Source: Callorhinchus milii (taxonomy: Eukaryota). Taken from it: a DNA stretch of 64,000 nt. The DNA is taken from contig NW_024704742.1 in NCBI RefSeq assembly GCF_018977255.1, forward strand, positions 136,774,001-136,838,000. The letters run 5' to 3'. The notes under the pieces are model-generated. The model did not search any database and was not told the origin of the DNA. It saw only the letters and a program-made list of their open reading frames with translations. Shown in pieces: positions 59,681-64,000 of this stretch. The position numbers and the translations under genes were made by a program. The first letter of the stretch is position 1; each line of letters opens with the position of its first letter.

Positions 59681-62600
59681 TCATAATTAAAGTCGGCCCT
59701 GTGGGCCAGTGGTTAGTAAAAGCATTTTTCAACGATATGTTAATTAATACATTAGATCACATTTTACACATGTGCTGAAGTTACAGATTTTGATGGAAAT
59801 GGCATCTTGGAATCTTTTACACAATACTTAAAGATTCAAATAATAAAAAAAACGACAAGATGGCAACTTTGAGCATGTCAGAGTTTTTGTTTCAAAAACA
59901 TACATGAATATACATACATTTAAAATGAAAATGAACAAAACTATATGTAGTGCAAAAGCAAACTTCTTTTCCAAAAATAAAATAGTTTCCGCATGACTTT
60001 GAATACTGAGGTATTATTAATTCATGCTACTGTATATGTGTTTTAAACACAGGGAAAAGGCAAAATTAAAGCTTGATTTCCATACAAATGATCCGCGCTT
60101 GATAATGGGATATGGAAAAAAGATGTATAAATGAACATTTTTCCTTTATGAAATCGATCGGGTGAAAACTAAGACCCTGAGATGTGTTGTTCAACACATG
60201 GGGGAAAGTTCCAACCCACCTAATGTACACATCCTAGGGTAGAAATTACATTCTACCCCATATATATGCTTAAAGACACCTTGCTATTATATTGGGCTTG
60301 ATGTATTATTATCCCTGCTATCTGGAAGTCCATCCTAGTGTCACTCAGGCCTACTTCCTCTCTCCTCTCTTTCAAGTCACATCTCAAAATGTACTTTGAC
60401 CGCACTCTCGGTCATTACCTTTCCCCCACTCCCCTCGGCTCCCAACGCCAGCTCGGATGCTCATCCAGTGCTTTGAGATGTCCTCTCCCTATACAGGTAT
60501 TATATAAATGTAAATTGTATTGCATTGTAATGTGTCAACGTGTGTAGTGTTCAATTGAACTTCTACCCGACTAACTCCCCTCCATCGCAATGGTTAGGAC
60601 TGAAGATGCTACCTTGTTACTCTTGGTTTGGTTGAGCTGGACATTCAGATGCTTGTGAGACCACTTTGCCGTAACAATGTGAGGTGGAATGGTGATAAAT
60701 TCCTAAACCCAATCGCAGTTTTCCTTTTGTTGTTTTAAAGAAACGTGGAAAAACGGCTTCTGAGACAAAATTGAAGGATTTTTCACAATTCCTGCTTTGT
60801 CTTGTTTTACATTGAAATCACACAGGCTTACAGTGGGTGGAATCTCCCAACTGAAGGCTCACAGTTTTCACCCCATCCCCTGATCTCGCATTGAGATTAC
60901 AATACCTGAATGTTGACTGAATTATGAAATGTTTTGAAAGCAAAGATTGATGAAAGCGGGAGCTTATATGGAACTGAGGGTCTTCTGCCTTCACCAGATA
61001 CTTACAAAACTTTACCCACCCTTTACCCACCTCCTGAGAGCTGCCAGCCTTCACCCTGCCACCCCCCCACCTCTCCTCCCACATTCCTCACTCACATAAA
61101 CCACCACAATTCAGAACTGACAGTAAAGAACATCAGAAACCAGGAGCAGGAAGAGGGCATTTAGCCCATCGAGCTTGTACTACCACACTATCAGATCTTG
61201 GCAGATCATTTAACCACAAGGCCTTGCCTTTTCCCCAAATACCTCTACCTCCAAAGTATTTGTCTACCTCTCTTTAAAACATCCCTATTGATTTCCATCT
61301 CTAAAGTTCTCTGGGCAGAGTTCCAATTTACAATACTATGTGCACTTCTGGTTGCCACAACATCATGGAGGTGCTTGGGTGGGGGTGGGGGGTCTTTCAG
61401 TCTCAAAGACCAGCAGAGGAGAGCACCCAGACTGATCTTCAGTGTTAAGAAGGGTAACTGGATAAGCTGGGGCTCTTTAGTCTTGAAAAGTGACATCCCA
61501 GAGCGACCCTATAGAGACGTATAAGATTTTAAATATGATTGTGAAACCTAGAACAGCAGTTTCAGATATACCCAAGGCCACAGGAGTTGTAAAGCGGAAG
61601 TTTAACAAAGTTAGGCATAGAGATAAATAATGATGGTAATAATCTTTGCATTTGATACAGCGCCTTTTCACAACGACAAAATGGCTCAAATCGTTTTGTG
61701 TAAAGAAAATGCTGTGAAGTTCTTTGAGACACCTTTCTGACGTGAAAAGCGAGCTGCTATCTCAAATGCGAGGATTATTATATCACATTATCTATAAGGG
61801 GGAAGAAATGAACCAGACCCCAAAATTTCCATTCTGAAGGATGGTGGTGAAGCTAATGAGGAAAGATGAAAGGGCAGACTGGAGACTTTACAAGGATTTA
61901 CTATGAACATTTGTAGTCCTGTAATTTGGAATCATTTGGAGTGGTTAGCCTGCTCGCCTCGCAAGAGAGGAGACCAGGGATCTATTCCCTTAAGCAAGTT
62001 TCCTTACTCACATGCTCTGTTTACCTAGCAGTAAATAGGAACCCGGTTGTTAGTTGATTGCTGCGTTTCGTCCACAACCTACGCATTCAACTCACTTTAC
62101 AGTGTATTCTGAGACGTCTCAATAACGTGATAAGGTGCTGTATCAAGTGCAAGGATTACTATTATGTCCAATATCCAAAATGAACAACAACAACTTGCAT
62201 TTATATAGCGCCCTTCACGCTGGTCAGTGTTTCGGATTGCTTAAATCAAATGGAAATCTAGCTGGGCTGGGGTTCTATTCAAATCTGTACATAGTTTGCC
62301 TTTTGTGCCATCTGTGCCTCTCACCTCCTCCGCTCCACCCCCTCCCCCCCTCTGCGGACCTACGAATAAAGAGAAAAGGCTAATTCTGATCCTTTGTCTG
62401 CTCTCCCAGCTGCTCCTTCCTGCCGGCGAGACGCAAGTCACCGAGAGCAGCCGAGACTGGGGCCGTCACGCCCAGAACACAAGAAACACGGTCCATTGGA
62501 GACTCACCACCACCCACCCATCCACCCGTGTCTCCCTTACAAAGTCTCGCACAGTCATCAGGTCTCTTCCAGAGGCCGGCCACACACACGCGCACGCTTA

Positions 62601-63617
62601 CTCTCTGGACTCCAGTCAACGCCCTGAAGCAGCAACAGATGCCTCCCCGCCTGGCCCACGATGACAATACAACTGAGGAGGCTTTGTTTGTCACAGCGTA
62701 GGGCAAAGACAGGGGGGAGGGGGCAGAGGGAGAGAGAGAAATGTTAAGACATTGATAAATGTTGTGATGAACTTTGCGAGGCTGTTTTTGAGCATTACAT
62801 TGCCTTTCTGAGGGCCTCTTGACTCGATCTGTCCAAACACATTGAATTGATGAAGGGCTGCCTTTGTCTCCATTAGCTGCCTCACTCATTTAACTCTCTC
62901 AGGTTACAGAGCGACACGGACACCAATGAACGCCACACTTCCTTCTCAATTGACAGACTGACACCACAGAGAAAAGCATTCGATCACCAGTCATTCTGTA
63001 TAGCAACAGGTCATAGGAGAATCCTCTTGCCCATTTCCCCAATAGGCTGCCTGCTAACTCTCTCTCCCTCTCTGCCCCCTACCCCCCCCACTACCCCTCA
63101 CTGTAGGGTCAGGCCTGTTATGTTATAAACAATATGTTGCATTTATACAGCACTCTTTGACGTAGTGTAATATCATCGAACAGTTTACAGAGATGGTGCC
63201 AAACAATGAGCCAGGAGTCTTCCCACTTGGCCCCTGTTAACGCTGCAAGCTAAAACCCCAACAGGTAGGATGGTCCTAGCTGGATAAGCAGCAGTGCTTT
63301 CAATGGCAAACTATGTGGTTTTAGCTGATTGGGCTCCAGCAGATCCCACCATTGCACGCTCTGGGGTGACCAAGGCTTGGCTTTGTCAGCGATGACCATC
63401 AAGGATTCAAAGGGGAAGGATTGACCAATTGTCACACCAATAATGGCCAAAGGTCCCATCCAACCTAGGAGTACAAGAGGATGAATCCTTGCATTTGGTA
63501 CCGTCTGTGATGTCAAGAACATCTCAAACACATCACAAAAGTTTTTGCAGGTGACACTAATGTGCATACAACGTGCAATGAAGTGAGTGACCAATTGTAT
63601 CTCAAGGATTGTTTGGA

Positions 63618-63720
63618 GGTCTTTTGATGAAAGGTTATCGACCTGAAACGTTAGCTCACTTTCTTCTCTCCATAGATGCTGCCTGATTTGCTGAGTATTC
63701 CCAGCGACTTCTCTGTTTAT
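63618..63720 (+). mobile_element. Penelope-like element terminal relic with a degenerate minimal hammerhead motif, nested in a reverse SINE
   Basis: ttgatga-aaggttatcgacct-gaaacgtt..ctccatagatgctgcctgatttgctgagtattcccagc resembles the vertebrate/shark Penelope-type short repeat (from recall). Confidence 0.65.
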
Positions 63721-64000
63721 CTGGAGGATTGTTGTCCAGGACCCTGAGAGAGAGAGAGAGAGACTCTCTTTTCTTTTCCCATAGGTTTTTTTTAAACAGG
63801 CAAAGACGGGACCTAACAGTTTAATGTTCCATAAAGGGAAACAAATAACAGTTGAGGGGAGTGAAGTAGGAAGACACCCAGATTGAATCTAAATTCAACT
63901 AAAAAATCTTGAAAAGAAAAGCTGACGTGAGCAGAGGAATGAAGGACTGTTTCACCCGTGTACAATTACAGCAGCCAGCTTATAGAGAAATATTAAACCA

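Noticed and set aside
46300..64000. CTIF 3' end expected on the minus strand by mammalian synteny
   Set aside because: I recognised no CTIF coding exon. A minus-strand ATTAAA near 53867 and AT-rich sequence at 59700-60200 are insufficient evidence for a UTR.

Overview
Repeat-rich vertebrate genomic DNA. The repeat repertoire (tRNA/Deu-type SINEs, L2, CR1, Penelope relic) suggests a cartilaginous fish, possibly a holocephalan; this is an inference. The window holds the last coding exon and 3'UTR of DYM (dymeclin, + strand, 8191-8340). It also holds the complete 4-coding-exon SMAD7 gene (+ strand: 26988-27468, 29666-29719, 33703-33776, 45095-45633), in the same DYM->SMAD7 order as mammals. The main anomaly is SMAD7 exon 3, which is 74 nt instead of the 75 nt needed to keep the frame. 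As assembled, the gene is frameshifted before the MH2 domain; an assembly indel is more likely than a real null allele. Recognisable SMAD7 regulatory grammar is present: a promoter SBE plus E-box, a GC-Smad/GATA element in intron 1, a second SBE palindrome in intron 3, and miRNA/Pumilio sites in the 3'UTR. The rest is interspersed repeats, microsatellites and minisatellites, plus islands of unique sequence that may be enhancers. I found no convincing novel protein-coding system. Most entries in the ORF track come from repeats or low-complexity sequence. Repeat boundaries are approximate (read by eye) and only representative copies are listed.
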